64,000 nt of DNA from Candidatus Thorarchaeota archaeon. GTDB lineage: Archaea > Asgardarchaeota > Thorarchaeia > Thorarchaeales > Thorarchaeaceae. Made by a program: the position numbers and the translations under genes. The stretch is from the NCBI GenBank assembly GCA_016933575.1, contig JAFGAR010000025.1, positions 52,888 through 116,887 of the forward strand, written 5' to 3'. The notes under the pieces are model-generated. The model saw nothing but the letters and a program-made list of their open reading frames with translations. It was not told where the DNA came from and did not search any database. Positions 1 to 9,414 of this stretch are shown here, in pieces; the first letter of the stretch is position 1; every line of letters begins with the position of its first letter.

Positions 1-88
1 CAAGATTACGAAGTATATCTATTGCCTCATCAATGAGTCCCTCTTCTATCAAATCTATTGCTCTCTGAATGGTACTCTCATCTTTCAT
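1..88 (-). CDS. N-terminal fragment of a helical (TPR-like) protein running off the window edge
   Basis: Hand translation from ATG at 88 gives MKDESTIQRAIDLIEEGLIDEAIDILRNL, open to position 1. An in-frame ATG at 97 is an alternative start. Not in the ORF track. Confidence 0.55.
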   Translation of the reverse strand, partial: MKDESTIQRAIDLIEEGLIDEAIDILRNL

Positions 89-140
89 TTTAACCATGAT
101 TCGAATATCAACTACTTCGAATAATCCTTTCCCAATGTAC

Positions 141-566
141 TCACTCTGGTTTCTTAGCAGTCTGCCTTGCAATGATTGTAAGAATAATTCCAGCTGTGGA
201 AGCCGAGCTAATTGCTAGATTGAGAAAATCAAATAGAGCGGCAACTCCTGCAGCCATGTATAGAGTTCCCAGGTTTATTATGAGACCAATAAGTCCTACA
301 CCCACAGCAATACCGATGATGAATTTGCCAGTGCCAACGCGATTTGTCGTCAATAGAAACCCACCAGCAATCGCAGCAACTCCCCCAAGATCTGCAATGT
401 TCTGTAAAATTAAGAGAAGAATCGTCATTATCTCTACAGTAGTAGGGAAATATAATGTGACATAGGCAATAATGGTTCCATAGAAACCGATACTACCTGC
501 AATACCTGCAATTATGAGTAAAATTCCACCAAGAAGGCAGAGTAGGAATGATGTCCTATTTTGCAA
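141..566 (-). CDS. Small 4-TM hypothetical membrane protein
   Basis: Four Gly-rich hydrophobic segments; GGGTGA SD motif just upstream of the TTG start. Confidence 0.75.
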   Translation of the reverse strand: MQNRTSFLLCLLGGILLIIAGIAGSIGFYGTIIAYVTLYFPTTVEIMTILLLILQNIADLGGVAAIAGGFLLTTNRVGTGKFIIGIAVGVGLIGLIINLGTLYMAAGVAALFDFLNLAISSASTAGIILTIIARQTAKKPE

Positions 567-629
567 TAAATCACCCTTTACTGTTGATGCATTTGTACTA
601 TAACTCTATTTCGGAGTATAGCAACATGT

Positions 630-1475
630 TCACCAAATTGGTCTCTTGATGGCCTTTCTTGCTTCAAAATGAAATATGTGAGTATACCCTACTCTTTTCA
701 GTAGAGCTGATGCTTGGTGGATACCTGCTCCGACATCAGCCGGAGAGTGAGCATCTGACCCTATCGTCACGACAGTGATTCCAAACTCTTTGAGCGCTCT
801 TACAATATTCTCTTCTGGCATTGGCTGAGTCTGTTTCCGTCTCAGTGGCGAAGTATTGATTTCAAAACCAACATTATGTTTCTTCATTGCCTGAACGATT
901 GTCTTCAGATGGGGTTTCCATATTTCATGGATTTCTTCTCCATAAAAAATCTGACCAAATCGCCTGTATAGATCAAGATGTGCCAATATATCAAAGAGCT
1001 CTGTCTCTATTGCTTCTAGAAGCAGTGTGTAGTATTTCTCGCCGAGTTCGGGGGCAGTATATCTTGAAAAGGCATGCTCCGCCCTATCACTAGCTGAAAT
1101 TGCTATGTGATCTATAAGATGTGTTGAGCCTAGAATCAAATCAAAGTCTGTTGCATAGAATCGTTCTGGGAGTGCTCCATCCATCTCTGGAATATAATCG
1201 ACTTCTACTCCCAGACGGACTCTCAATCCTTGATCTTTATAGGTGTCATCTGCAGTTCGTACTTCAGATTCATATTCTTCAAGCCACAGATTAGAACGTG
1301 TGCTGACTCTTCTCCCCTTCACATTGACAAAACAATCATCTGTAGAAGAATCAGTATCCAAGTGTGTAGTGAACGCAATCTCCTGCAATCCTCCTTGTAT
1401 AGCCATCTTACAAAATGACTCAATGCTTCCTTCAGCGTCAATTGAATAATTAGGATGAAGATGATAGTCCATCAT
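630..1475 (-). CDS. PHP-family phosphatase (histidinol-phosphatase HisJ/HisK-like)
   Basis: Metal-binding motifs DYHLH, FTTHLD, GVEVD, GSTH, AHLD, FEINTS and GSDAH. Confidence 0.88.
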   Translation of the reverse strand: MMDYHLHPNYSIDAEGSIESFCKMAIQGGLQEIAFTTHLDTDSSTDDCFVNVKGRRVSTRSNLWLEEYESEVRTADDTYKDQGLRVRLGVEVDYIPEMDGALPERFYATDFDLILGSTHLIDHIAISASDRAEHAFSRYTAPELGEKYYTLLLEAIETELFDILAHLDLYRRFGQIFYGEEIHEIWKPHLKTIVQAMKKHNVGFEINTSPLRRKQTQPMPEENIVRALKEFGITVVTIGSDAHSPADVGAGIHQASALLKRVGYTHIFHFEARKAIKRPIW

Positions 1476-1528
1476 TGATGGCCCTCTTGGAGGCGTATAT
1501 TTCAGTATACCTATAGTTGAAGAAGTGA

Positions 1529-2770
1529 CTATTCCATCTGAATACTATCTTCCACTATAGAGATCCCAGCATGCGATACTACTTGTGTTTCAGCCTCTTT
1601 TAGAAATAATGCTACTACTGTTGCTAGCACTGTTGTGACTACGAGAAATAGAATCGAAGATTGAAGCCCATAATAGTCTCCAATGATTCCAAATATTATG
1701 GGTGAGATTGCTCCTGGAATTGAACCAATCGAGAATATGAGACCGAACGCCAATCCCCTGGATTTGCGTGGACAGATCTCTGTTTGATACGCTGTGTTTG
1801 CTGGTACTCCAAGATAAAAGAAGAAGCCAATCACGATAAGGACGAAGAGGAGTGCCATCTCTGACAAGGAATAGTTGAGGAGTAATAGAGCTGGTGTTGC
1901 TAGTCCTGTTGATATGACTAGGAACGGTACTCTTCTATTCATTTTATCCGAAAGATATGATGAAACAATTTCACCTACAAGGCCTGCGGAGAGCATTATA
2001 GCTGTCAAATATCCTGCTGTCACAATACTTTCTCCATATGTGACGACAAGATAGAGCGGCATTAGTAATGATGTACATCTGAACGACATTCCACGTAATC
2101 CCATCAACACTAATCCGAGCCAGAAATTACGAGTCCATCCATCTGGACCTTCACACCCGAGGTCTTCATCTGATTCTGCATTGAAATGTGCATATTTTCC
2201 GTTCGAGGCTCTCATCAATAGGAATGTGGGAACGAATAGAACGAATCCTATGATACCAAGAATCCTAAGCGACGCTTGCCATGTATTCAGCATGAGAAGT
2301 AATGTCACACCTAAGAATGGAGTGATTGCCATTCCTATGAGACCTCCCATCGCCTGAATGCCTGTTGCCTTAGATCGTTCTGAATGCGGGAATTTCTCAG
2401 TTAGAGCGGGAAACGAGCTGGGGTGATATCCAGAGGCACCTAAGCCAAGCAATATCTGAAAAATAACAATCCAGACGAATTCCTGAGCCATACTTGTCAA
2501 AATGATGGCAACGGACGCTCCCAAGATGCTTACTGAAATGAAGGCGTCTCTCCAGCCCCTGTCTCCCATATATCCCACCAGTAGGTGAGCAGTAGTCATT
2601 GAGAGAACTGCTGCACTCGTGATGATTCCCAAGTCTGTATAGCTTATTCCGAGATCTGTTTGAATCTCGGTGAGAAAGGGTGAGAGAGCTCCTGTAAAGA
2701 CGTGATTCATAAAATGAGAAATGGTGCATGCTGCTAGAACCGCATATGATGCTCTCGTAGCTCGTGACAA
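1529..2770 (-). CDS. MFS transporter (12 TM, FSR-like)
   Basis: 12 hydrophobic segments; motif-A-like GYMGDRGWR and YLSDKMNRR; GLGASGYHP. Confidence 0.9.
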   Translation of the reverse strand: MSRATRASYAVLAACTISHFMNHVFTGALSPFLTEIQTDLGISYTDLGIITSAAVLSMTTAHLLVGYMGDRGWRDAFISVSILGASVAIILTSMAQEFVWIVIFQILLGLGASGYHPSSFPALTEKFPHSERSKATGIQAMGGLIGMAITPFLGVTLLLMLNTWQASLRILGIIGFVLFVPTFLLMRASNGKYAHFNAESDEDLGCEGPDGWTRNFWLGLVLMGLRGMSFRCTSLLMPLYLVVTYGESIVTAGYLTAIMLSAGLVGEIVSSYLSDKMNRRVPFLVISTGLATPALLLLNYSLSEMALLFVLIVIGFFFYLGVPANTAYQTEICPRKSRGLAFGLIFSIGSIPGAISPIIFGIIGDYYGLQSSILFLVVTTVLATVVALFLKEAETQVVSHAGISIVEDSIQME

Positions 2771-2861
2771 TAGAATGAATCACATCCAGGTATTCAGCCA
2801 TTGCCAGTCTGACGTTGAATTAAACATACTGATACTGACATCTGGAGTAATTATTCAATCT

Positions 2862-2945
2862 TGAAAAATAGTGTCGGTGAGCTGGCGAACAGAGGTAAAC
2901 CTCTGGTCACCAGCATATCCGACTTCGACTCGGAAAGGTTGTTTG
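2862..2945 (-). ncRNA. Candidate structured leader or small RNA upstream of the MFS gene
   Basis: The minus strand folds as GUCGG-auau-GCUGGUGA-c-CAGAGG-uuua-CCUCUG-u-UCGCCAGC-uca-CCGAC, followed by acUAUUUUU. A TTTAAATA box lies ~25 nt upstream. Confidence 0.45.
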
Positions 2946-2961
2946 TATTGAAATCAAACTC

Positions 2962-2978
2962 CCTTTAATATTTAAAGG
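2962..2978. promoter_or_regulatory. Palindrome CCTTTAA-TAT-TTAAAGG overlapping a TATA box
   Basis: Perfect 7-bp arms; reads TTTAAATA on the minus strand. Confidence 0.45.
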
Positions 2979-3022
2979 ACAGGTTTCAAGGCAATCAAAG
3001 TGTTTGAAGATACACCTTGAAA

Positions 3023-5020
3023 CTAAACCAACAATCCTGAGCACCAGAGCACGATGCGTAAGACCAGCTGCCCATTATCAGCTTCGCCATACTCGCCTAG
3101 TAATGCCCAGTTGTCAAGCATGTAGTTGCTTCCTGTAACAACCAATCGCCCAGTTCCTTCTTTATATCCCATTACAGGCATAATTCCATAACGTGCAAGT
3201 CCATGTCCATCGCCAAGAATCTGGATTGTCGCTCCTAAGTAATGAAATGAATTCACTCCTGATGTGATTATATGAGAATCAATATCATCAATCAAAGCAG
3301 GTGTATCTCCGCTTGGAACTTCGGAGGAAGTCATTGTGAAACCAGTCCAATCAAGAAATTCGTTCAAAGCAGTCAGATTAGCTACTGATTCTGATAGGCC
3401 TACTACGAAGAGTCCTCCCCCAGCATTGTAATAATCCTCGTAAGCGTGAATCTCAGTTTCTGAAAAGGGAAGTGAATAGTCCGTCACACTTGTAGGAATA
3501 GTCTCATTCCTTGAATAGACGCAGGGATCAAGAAGAACTACTGCATCGAATTGTTGAAGGAAGCTTAGTGTGGTCAATGAACTATTACGTATCTCTGTCA
3601 CTGAGATATCATTATCGACAAGTACTTTGTAGAATTCTCTGAACTGCCCATAGATCGTGTCCAAATCCCATGGTGTATGCGATATATCAAAGGCTACTCT
3701 ACCTACTGATGTTCCAACATCAATCGAGATGGTGAGTTCTGTCACTCCAAAATCCGGCGATGTGAATGTGATGTTACCTTGGATGACTGTTGCACCAGAG
3801 TCTGGTATCTCTACTGTGATTGGGACTCTTGCTGTCTGATTGACCTCGATGGTGTTCTCAATGATGAAGACTGAAGGTGTATCACTGTCTATCTCAACAT
3901 CAAAAGTCGTGTATCCAGAGGTCAGGAGTCTGATATCAAAGGAATATGTATCTCCCTCGAATAATCGCTCAAAATCGATGGGTAGAGTGCCTGGGAATGC
4001 ATAGCTTATGATTGGTAACTCACCGTCTAATGATGTCTGTTCTATGATGTAGAGCGACTGTTGAAGGTTGAGTTTTCCTGCTCCAACCTCGTAGTCTGGA
4101 TATGCTGCCATCGAATCAGCTCCCTTCAGGAGAGCTGTCATGATGGTTCCAGGTGTATATGTAATATTGTTAGTTAGGCAGTAACCAATGAGTGCTGCTG
4201 CAGCTCCAGCTACTCTAGGTGCTGAAAAGCTTGTTCCGTAATATCGTGTACCACTACTATCAGTAATATATCCTGGTGCACAGATATCTGGTTTCATTGT
4301 TTTCTCACGGGTAGGTCCTGTGGATGAGTAATCAGCTAGTTCACCATTTTCCGAGAGCGCACCAACAGCAATACATACATCAAATACTGCCGGGGATTCA
4401 ACTGTTGTACCAGGAATTCCACTATCTCCCGAGTTACCAGCAGAAGTTGTTATTACTACTCCTTGGGAAAAAGCCCAATTCAAAGCATCCTCAATAGGAT
4501 CTCCAAGGGTTGGAGTCCCTCCAAGACTCAGATTGATGACACTCGCGTTTTGTTCAACCACCCAATGAATTGCTTCGACGAGTGCCATTGTTGTGGCTGA
4601 ACCATCATCTCCCATGACCTTCGCATTAATAATCAGAGTATTTCCTATTGTAGCAATCTGTTTGGCTATCAATGTCCCATGAGGAACATTATCTGGCCTC
4701 GAATCCGACACTGTTAGGTCTGTACTTGGATATCCATTTGCAACTGTAACAAAACTCTGTTCTGCCACCACTCTTCCCTGTAGTGAGAAATCTATGTCAA
4801 CTCCTGAGTCGATGACAGCAACTCTGACTGGTTCATATGAAGAAGTGTTTGTCGGATTATAATTCCCGATGAAGACAAGCCCTGTAGATACAACGACCAT
4901 GATGATAATGATAAGCGCGATGATTCTCGTTCCATTAGATCGTGGTTTTCGTTGTGGTTGTGCAGTTTCCCAGTAAAAGCTCACTATTGACACCTGATTG
5001 AAATAGACCGCGCGCGGCAT
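3023..5020 (-). CDS. Membrane-anchored S8 subtilase with Ig-like and GATase-like C-terminal domains (Site-1-protease-like architecture)
   Basis: Catalytic triad motifs VAVIDSG, HGT and GTSFSAP; oxyanion motif SAGNSG; N-terminal TM; C-terminal FDISH..QFREFYKVL..ANLTALNEFL domain. Confidence 0.88.
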   Translation of the reverse strand: MPRAVYFNQVSIVSFYWETAQPQRKPRSNGTRIIALIIIIMVVVSTGLVFIGNYNPTNTSSYEPVRVAVIDSGVDIDFSLQGRVVAEQSFVTVANGYPSTDLTVSDSRPDNVPHGTLIAKQIATIGNTLIINAKVMGDDGSATTMALVEAIHWVVEQNASVINLSLGGTPTLGDPIEDALNWAFSQGVVITTSAGNSGDSGIPGTTVESPAVFDVCIAVGALSENGELADYSSTGPTREKTMKPDICAPGYITDSSGTRYYGTSFSAPRVAGAAAALIGYCLTNNITYTPGTIMTALLKGADSMAAYPDYEVGAGKLNLQQSLYIIEQTSLDGELPIISYAFPGTLPIDFERLFEGDTYSFDIRLLTSGYTTFDVEIDSDTPSVFIIENTIEVNQTARVPITVEIPDSGATVIQGNITFTSPDFGVTELTISIDVGTSVGRVAFDISHTPWDLDTIYGQFREFYKVLVDNDISVTEIRNSSLTTLSFLQQFDAVVLLDPCVYSRNETIPTSVTDYSLPFSETEIHAYEDYYNAGGGLFVVGLSESVANLTALNEFLDWTGFTMTSSEVPSGDTPALIDDIDSHIITSGVNSFHYLGATIQILGDGHGLARYGIMPVMGYKEGTGRLVVTGSNYMLDNWALLGEYGEADNGQLVLRIVLWCSGLLV

Positions 5021-5194
5021 TCAAAAGTTACGCTGAATCCTCAAGAACCTATCGACATGGGTATAATTGAACCAAGCTGAAAAGCTTCAAAAGGTTCTTT
5101 CTCTAGCCGTCTAGTGTCGTAGGAATAATGGGACCATTCCAGTTTCATTTATCTGCGATAATATCATCATCTACTCCTTCAAGAGGTATAGACT

Positions 5195-8137
5195 TTGTCC
5201 ATAGAAGACGCCATCACAGAAGCATCACCACTATCGTATCATTCAGTACCTCTTGAAGAAGTGCTAAGCACACTCCAAGTAGATACTTCTCATGGTCTTT
5301 CTATCGAGGAAGCAAAAAAGAGACTGATTGAATCCGGACCAAATTCCATACCAAGATACAGAGGTGCATTTTGGCAGGTCTATATTGCCCCGATCCTAAA
5401 TTGGTTGATAACCATCTATATTATCAGTTCCTTCGCTTTGGTCTTCATTGCTTTTACTTTTCCTTCAGAAGCCAACGCAATTAGTCAAGCTTCAATCTGG
5501 CTTGGTGTTGTTGCTGTGAATGCCATAGTAGCCATGATACAACAATATCGTGCTCAGAAAAAACTAGAGGCGTTGGAGAAACTCTCTGCAGGGGAAGCCC
5601 GGGTCATCAGAAATGGAAAAGAAGCTTACATCTCACCAATTGACATTGTACAAGGTGATATTGTAAAACTGGAACAGGGTGATCGTATCCCAGCTGATGC
5701 ACGTCTGGTGAATTCCTCGAACTTGATGACTAATGAAGCATCTTTGACAGGCGAGTCTGTGCCAATTATTAAGAACGAAGATGCACACGTGGCTGACAAT
5801 GCTCCCCTAACTGATAGACTCAATATGGTCTATTTTGGTACTTATGTTGCCTCTGGAATGGCCACCGTGGTCACAACAGCTACTGGTGGACGAACTGAGA
5901 TTGGTAAGATTCAGGGAACACTTGAGGCGTTGAACACTGGAGATATTCCACTACGGAGAAAGGTCAATCGTTTGGCAAAGTACCTCGGAATTGCAGCGAT
6001 AATCCTGATGGCAGTATCAGTCATCTGGCAGGTGTTTCTATATCCATTCCTTCATGGAGATGTCTTTGACTTTAGTATCCAATATCTATCAGAACGGATT
6101 GGTGCAGGCATAACTCGGGCAATGACCATTATGCCAATTAACATCCCATTACTTACGACAATTGTACTTCTTACTGGAGTTCTTGCAATGGCAAAGAGAG
6201 GCGTTATCATTAGAGACCTCTCAGCCGTTGAAAGTCTTGGTCGCGTGAGCGTTATTTGCAGTGACAAGACTGGAACAATGACAAAGAACCAGATGACCGT
6301 GAAATACTGCTGGGACTCACAGAACCTCTTCTCTGTAAAGGGCGATGGTTATAACCCTGAAGGAGGTATCTATCTTCTAAAAGGTGCTACTAATTCCAAT
6401 CTCTTAGACGTCGAAGAGGAACTAGTTGATGATGTGTTCAGATGGAAAGGTCTCTTCCGCTTGATAAACTGCGGCGGTCTAGCAAACGATGCAGAGATCA
6501 TAACAGAAAATCTTCCAGATCAAGGAACAATATGGGTTCCCCTCGGTGACCCAACAGATGCAGCATTACTCACCCTATTTCGAAAGAGTGGTATTGATGA
6601 GGTAGGAATCAAGGAACGTTACAAGATTGTAGAAGAATTCCCCTTTGAATCTGAGTTAAAGAGAATGTCCAAGATCTGTCAGGATGAGAAGAAGTTCATC
6701 GCTTTTGTCAAAGGCGCCACAGAAGTACTCATGCCTCTGTGCGACTATGTCAATGGGAAAGACACTCCCTCAAAAATTACTCCTGGACTTCTTGAAAGAG
6801 TGAATATCCTTACGAATGATTTTGCCGCAAAGGGATATCGAGTGATCTCACTTGCATACAAACAAATGGACTCAGTCCCTACAGGCAATACAGCTCGTGA
6901 AATCGCAGAGAGTCACTTGATCTATCTCGGCTTTGCTTGCATTGTTGATCCACCCCGTGAAGGAGTAAAGGAAGCAGTCCAGGCATGCCACAGTGCAGGA
7001 ATTAATGTAATTATGATTACAGGTGATGCTGTGGCAACAGCAAAGACAATTGCAAAAGGTCTTGGTATTTTCGAAGAGAATTCTCTAGTTGCAGAGGGCT
7101 CTCAAATATATGACCTAAATGATGAGGACTTTGCAAGAACAAATGTTTTCGCTCGTGTGAACCCAGAACACAAGCAGATCATCGTAGAGCGCTATCAGGA
7201 CCAGAATAAGGTCGTAGCGATGACAGGGGATGGGGTGAATGATTCACTAGCTCTAGCGATGAGTGATGCTGGAATAGCTATGGGAATCACTGGTACCGAT
7301 GTTGCGAAGGAAGCCGCTGATATTGTCATTACAGATGATAGCTTTGCTTCTATTGTTACAGGAGTCCATCAGGGTAGAGGTCTCTTCAATAAGATACGAA
7401 TGATGATCTACTTCTATGTAGCAATCAATCTCTTTGAGAGTATCATCTTCTTCGGAGCATTGTTCATCTTACCGCACTATATTGAGCTACTAAGCACATG
7501 GCAGAGTCTCTATCTTGTTGTCACTACGCACTCGTTTCCTGGCCTAGCTCTAGTATTCGATAGAACCTCGCCTCGAGCAATGGAAGATAAACCCCGTGAC
7601 AGTCAGGAGATTATAACCCGGAATCTTGCCAAAATTATGGGTGTCAATGTAGTTCTCATGACCATAAGTGCAGCCTTAGTTTACTTCTTGACTTTTGCAG
7701 GGTACGTGGCTGTCGCTCCGGAAAATATGACTGGTTTTTGGGAGATCTTCAGACCAGCTGAACCTAATTTATTCTATGATATCGAAGGTCCCATCTGGTC
7801 CTTGCTGAAATCTACTAGCATGCTCCTATCAGTCATTCTTATCGTGGAGAGTACACTGGTTCTCCTCATTCGTAGAATCAATCTTCCATTGCACAAGAGC
7901 CTTCGTGAACCTGGAACCTGGATCTTTGTGATATTACTTGGCCTAATCTATCTAGCACATTTGCTATTGATGTATGTGCCAATGGTGAATGAGATACTTG
8001 CAACCTATGGTCTTCTCTTCTACATCATTCCTTTGACTGCCTTTGACTGGTTGATATGCATCCTATTAGCCCTCCCAACGATACTTGGTGTAGAGCTCTA
8101 CAAGCGACGATTCAGAGAACGAGATGTGGATCTTTGA
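5195..8137 (+). CDS. P-type ATPase (P2A/SERCA-like scaffold, atypical ion site)
   Basis: LTGES, CSDKTGT, KGATE, DPPR, MITGD, ARVNPEHK and TGDGVND motifs; ~10 TM. Confidence 0.95.
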   Translation: MSIEDAITEASPLSYHSVPLEEVLSTLQVDTSHGLSIEEAKKRLIESGPNSIPRYRGAFWQVYIAPILNWLITIYIISSFALVFIAFTFPSEANAISQASIWLGVVAVNAIVAMIQQYRAQKKLEALEKLSAGEARVIRNGKEAYISPIDIVQGDIVKLEQGDRIPADARLVNSSNLMTNEASLTGESVPIIKNEDAHVADNAPLTDRLNMVYFGTYVASGMATVVTTATGGRTEIGKIQGTLEALNTGDIPLRRKVNRLAKYLGIAAIILMAVSVIWQVFLYPFLHGDVFDFSIQYLSERIGAGITRAMTIMPINIPLLTTIVLLTGVLAMAKRGVIIRDLSAVESLGRVSVICSDKTGTMTKNQMTVKYCWDSQNLFSVKGDGYNPEGGIYLLKGATNSNLLDVEEELVDDVFRWKGLFRLINCGGLANDAEIITENLPDQGTIWVPLGDPTDAALLTLFRKSGIDEVGIKERYKIVEEFPFESELKRMSKICQDEKKFIAFVKGATEVLMPLCDYVNGKDTPSKITPGLLERVNILTNDFAAKGYRVISLAYKQMDSVPTGNTAREIAESHLIYLGFACIVDPPREGVKEAVQACHSAGINVIMITGDAVATAKTIAKGLGIFEENSLVAEGSQIYDLNDEDFARTNVFARVNPEHKQIIVERYQDQNKVVAMTGDGVNDSLALAMSDAGIAMGITGTDVAKEAADIVITDDSFASIVTGVHQGRGLFNKIRMMIYFYVAINLFESIIFFGALFILPHYIELLSTWQSLYLVVTTHSFPGLALVFDRTSPRAMEDKPRDSQEIITRNLAKIMGVNVVLMTISAALVYFLTFAGYVAVAPENMTGFWEIFRPAEPNLFYDIEGPIWSLLKSTSMLLSVILIVESTLVLLIRRINLPLHKSLREPGTWIFVILLGLIYLAHLLLMYVPMVNEILATYGLLFYIIPLTAFDWLICILLALPTILGVELYKRRFRERDVDL

Positions 8138-8142
8138 AATGC

Positions 8143-8157
8143 ATATACAATGTATAT
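8143..8157. promoter_or_regulatory. Palindrome ATATACA-A-TGTATAT upstream of panB
   Basis: Perfect 7-bp arms in the intergenic gap. AT-rich, so a chance match is possible. Confidence 0.3.
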
Positions 8158-8226
8158 ACTCATACATATCTGCTATAGGGATTCTATATATACCACATTA
8201 GAACAAAAAAGATTGAGGACTTACTC

Positions 8227-9078
8227 TTGACACGAATGACGACTCATAAGATTGGTCAGATGAAGACCAAGAGCAAGAAGATAGTCATGCTCACAGCCTA
8301 TGATGCACCTACAGCCTCGATTTTGAGTGAATGTGGTGTGGACATGATCCTTGTTGGAGACTCAGTGGGCAATGCTCTTCTTGGATATGAGAGTACAATT
8401 CCTGTCACCCTTGATGATGTCATTCATCACTGCGCAGCTGTCTCAAGGGCACGACCGGATTCACTGATTATCGGCGATATGCCCTTTATGTCCTATAAGG
8501 TCAGTGAGGAACAGGCTCTCGAAAATTGTGCACTTATGCTTCAAGAGGGCGGAGCTGAGGCAGTAAAGATCGAAGGTGCTGGCCGAGTTGTTGATATTGT
8601 ACAAGCTGTCGTAGATGCTGGTATCCCGGTCATGGGGCATATTGGCCTTACTCCACAATCTATCTTTCAGATGGGTGGTTACCGAGTCCAGGGAAGAACA
8701 GCAGAAAAGACTGAGCTGCTCGTTGAACAAGCCAAGCAACTTGAGGCGGCTGGAGCCTTTTCTATGGTCATTGAGCTAGTACCATCAGAGACCGCGAAGA
8801 TGATAACAGAAGCAGTTAGTATCCCAACTATTGGAATTGGAGCTGGTCCGTATTGTGATGGACAGGTTCTTGTCCTCTGGGATATGTTAGGTCTCTTTGA
8901 GGACTTTAAACCTAAATTTGTCAAAAAATATGCATGTATTCGTGATGTCATCAAGAATGCAGTTTCCGAATATGCAGAAGATGTACGGAAGGGTACCTTC
9001 CCTGAAAAAGAACATAGTTTTGAGATGTCAGAAGAAGAAACTGGACGTCTGTATGGTAGAAGTAAGCCCTCCCGATGA
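8227..9078 (+). CDS. panB: 3-methyl-2-oxobutanoate hydroxymethyltransferase (ketopantoate hydroxymethyltransferase)
   Basis: MLTAYD, LVGDS, GDMPFMSY, AVKIEG, MGHIGLTPQ, GGYRVQGR, GIGAG and DGQVLV motifs. Confidence 0.97.
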   Translation: MTRMTTHKIGQMKTKSKKIVMLTAYDAPTASILSECGVDMILVGDSVGNALLGYESTIPVTLDDVIHHCAAVSRARPDSLIIGDMPFMSYKVSEEQALENCALMLQEGGAEAVKIEGAGRVVDIVQAVVDAGIPVMGHIGLTPQSIFQMGGYRVQGRTAEKTELLVEQAKQLEAAGAFSMVIELVPSETAKMITEAVSIPTIGIGAGPYCDGQVLVLWDMLGLFEDFKPKFVKKYACIRDVIKNAVSEYAEDVRKGTFPEKEHSFEMSEEETGRLYGRSKPSR

Positions 9079-9097
9079 GGGCATGTCATAAGATATC

Positions 9098-9307
9098 TTA
9101 CTCTTCGTCTTCTACTACTTCATTGAGAACTTCAATGAGCTTGTCAGGATCGATGCCATGGGCAAGCGCACCCTGCTCAATGGTTTCATATCGTGCTGCT
9201 GCGCAGCCATAACAGTGTAGCCCTGCTTCCATGAAGGCTCCGGCAGTCTCCGGCCATTTCATAACAACTTCAGCAATGCTCATATTCTTATTTACAGTCT
9301 GTGCCAT
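9098..9307 (-). CDS. DUF1858 / hybrid-cluster-associated redox disulfide domain protein
   Basis: GLHCYGC...ETIEQGALAHGID; start moved to ATG 9307, which follows a GGTGA SD. Confidence 0.85.
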   Translation of the reverse strand: MAQTVNKNMSIAEVVMKWPETAGAFMEAGLHCYGCAAARYETIEQGALAHGIDPDKLIEVLNEVVEDEE

Positions 9308-9414
9308 TATAATCACCATTAACTATGGTTAATACTGTAAACTCGGAAATTGGATTAATATACTTTGCTTTCTGACCTATTTCTCAACCTTGATTACGGG
9401 ACTCTGATGCAGGT

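Noticed and set aside
2871-2923. tRNA, H/ACA guide or SECIS identity for the hairpin
   Set aside because: No cloverleaf or TpsiC arm, the internal loop is too small for a pseudouridylation pocket, there is no tandem GA quartet, and no UGA-containing gene lies upstream.
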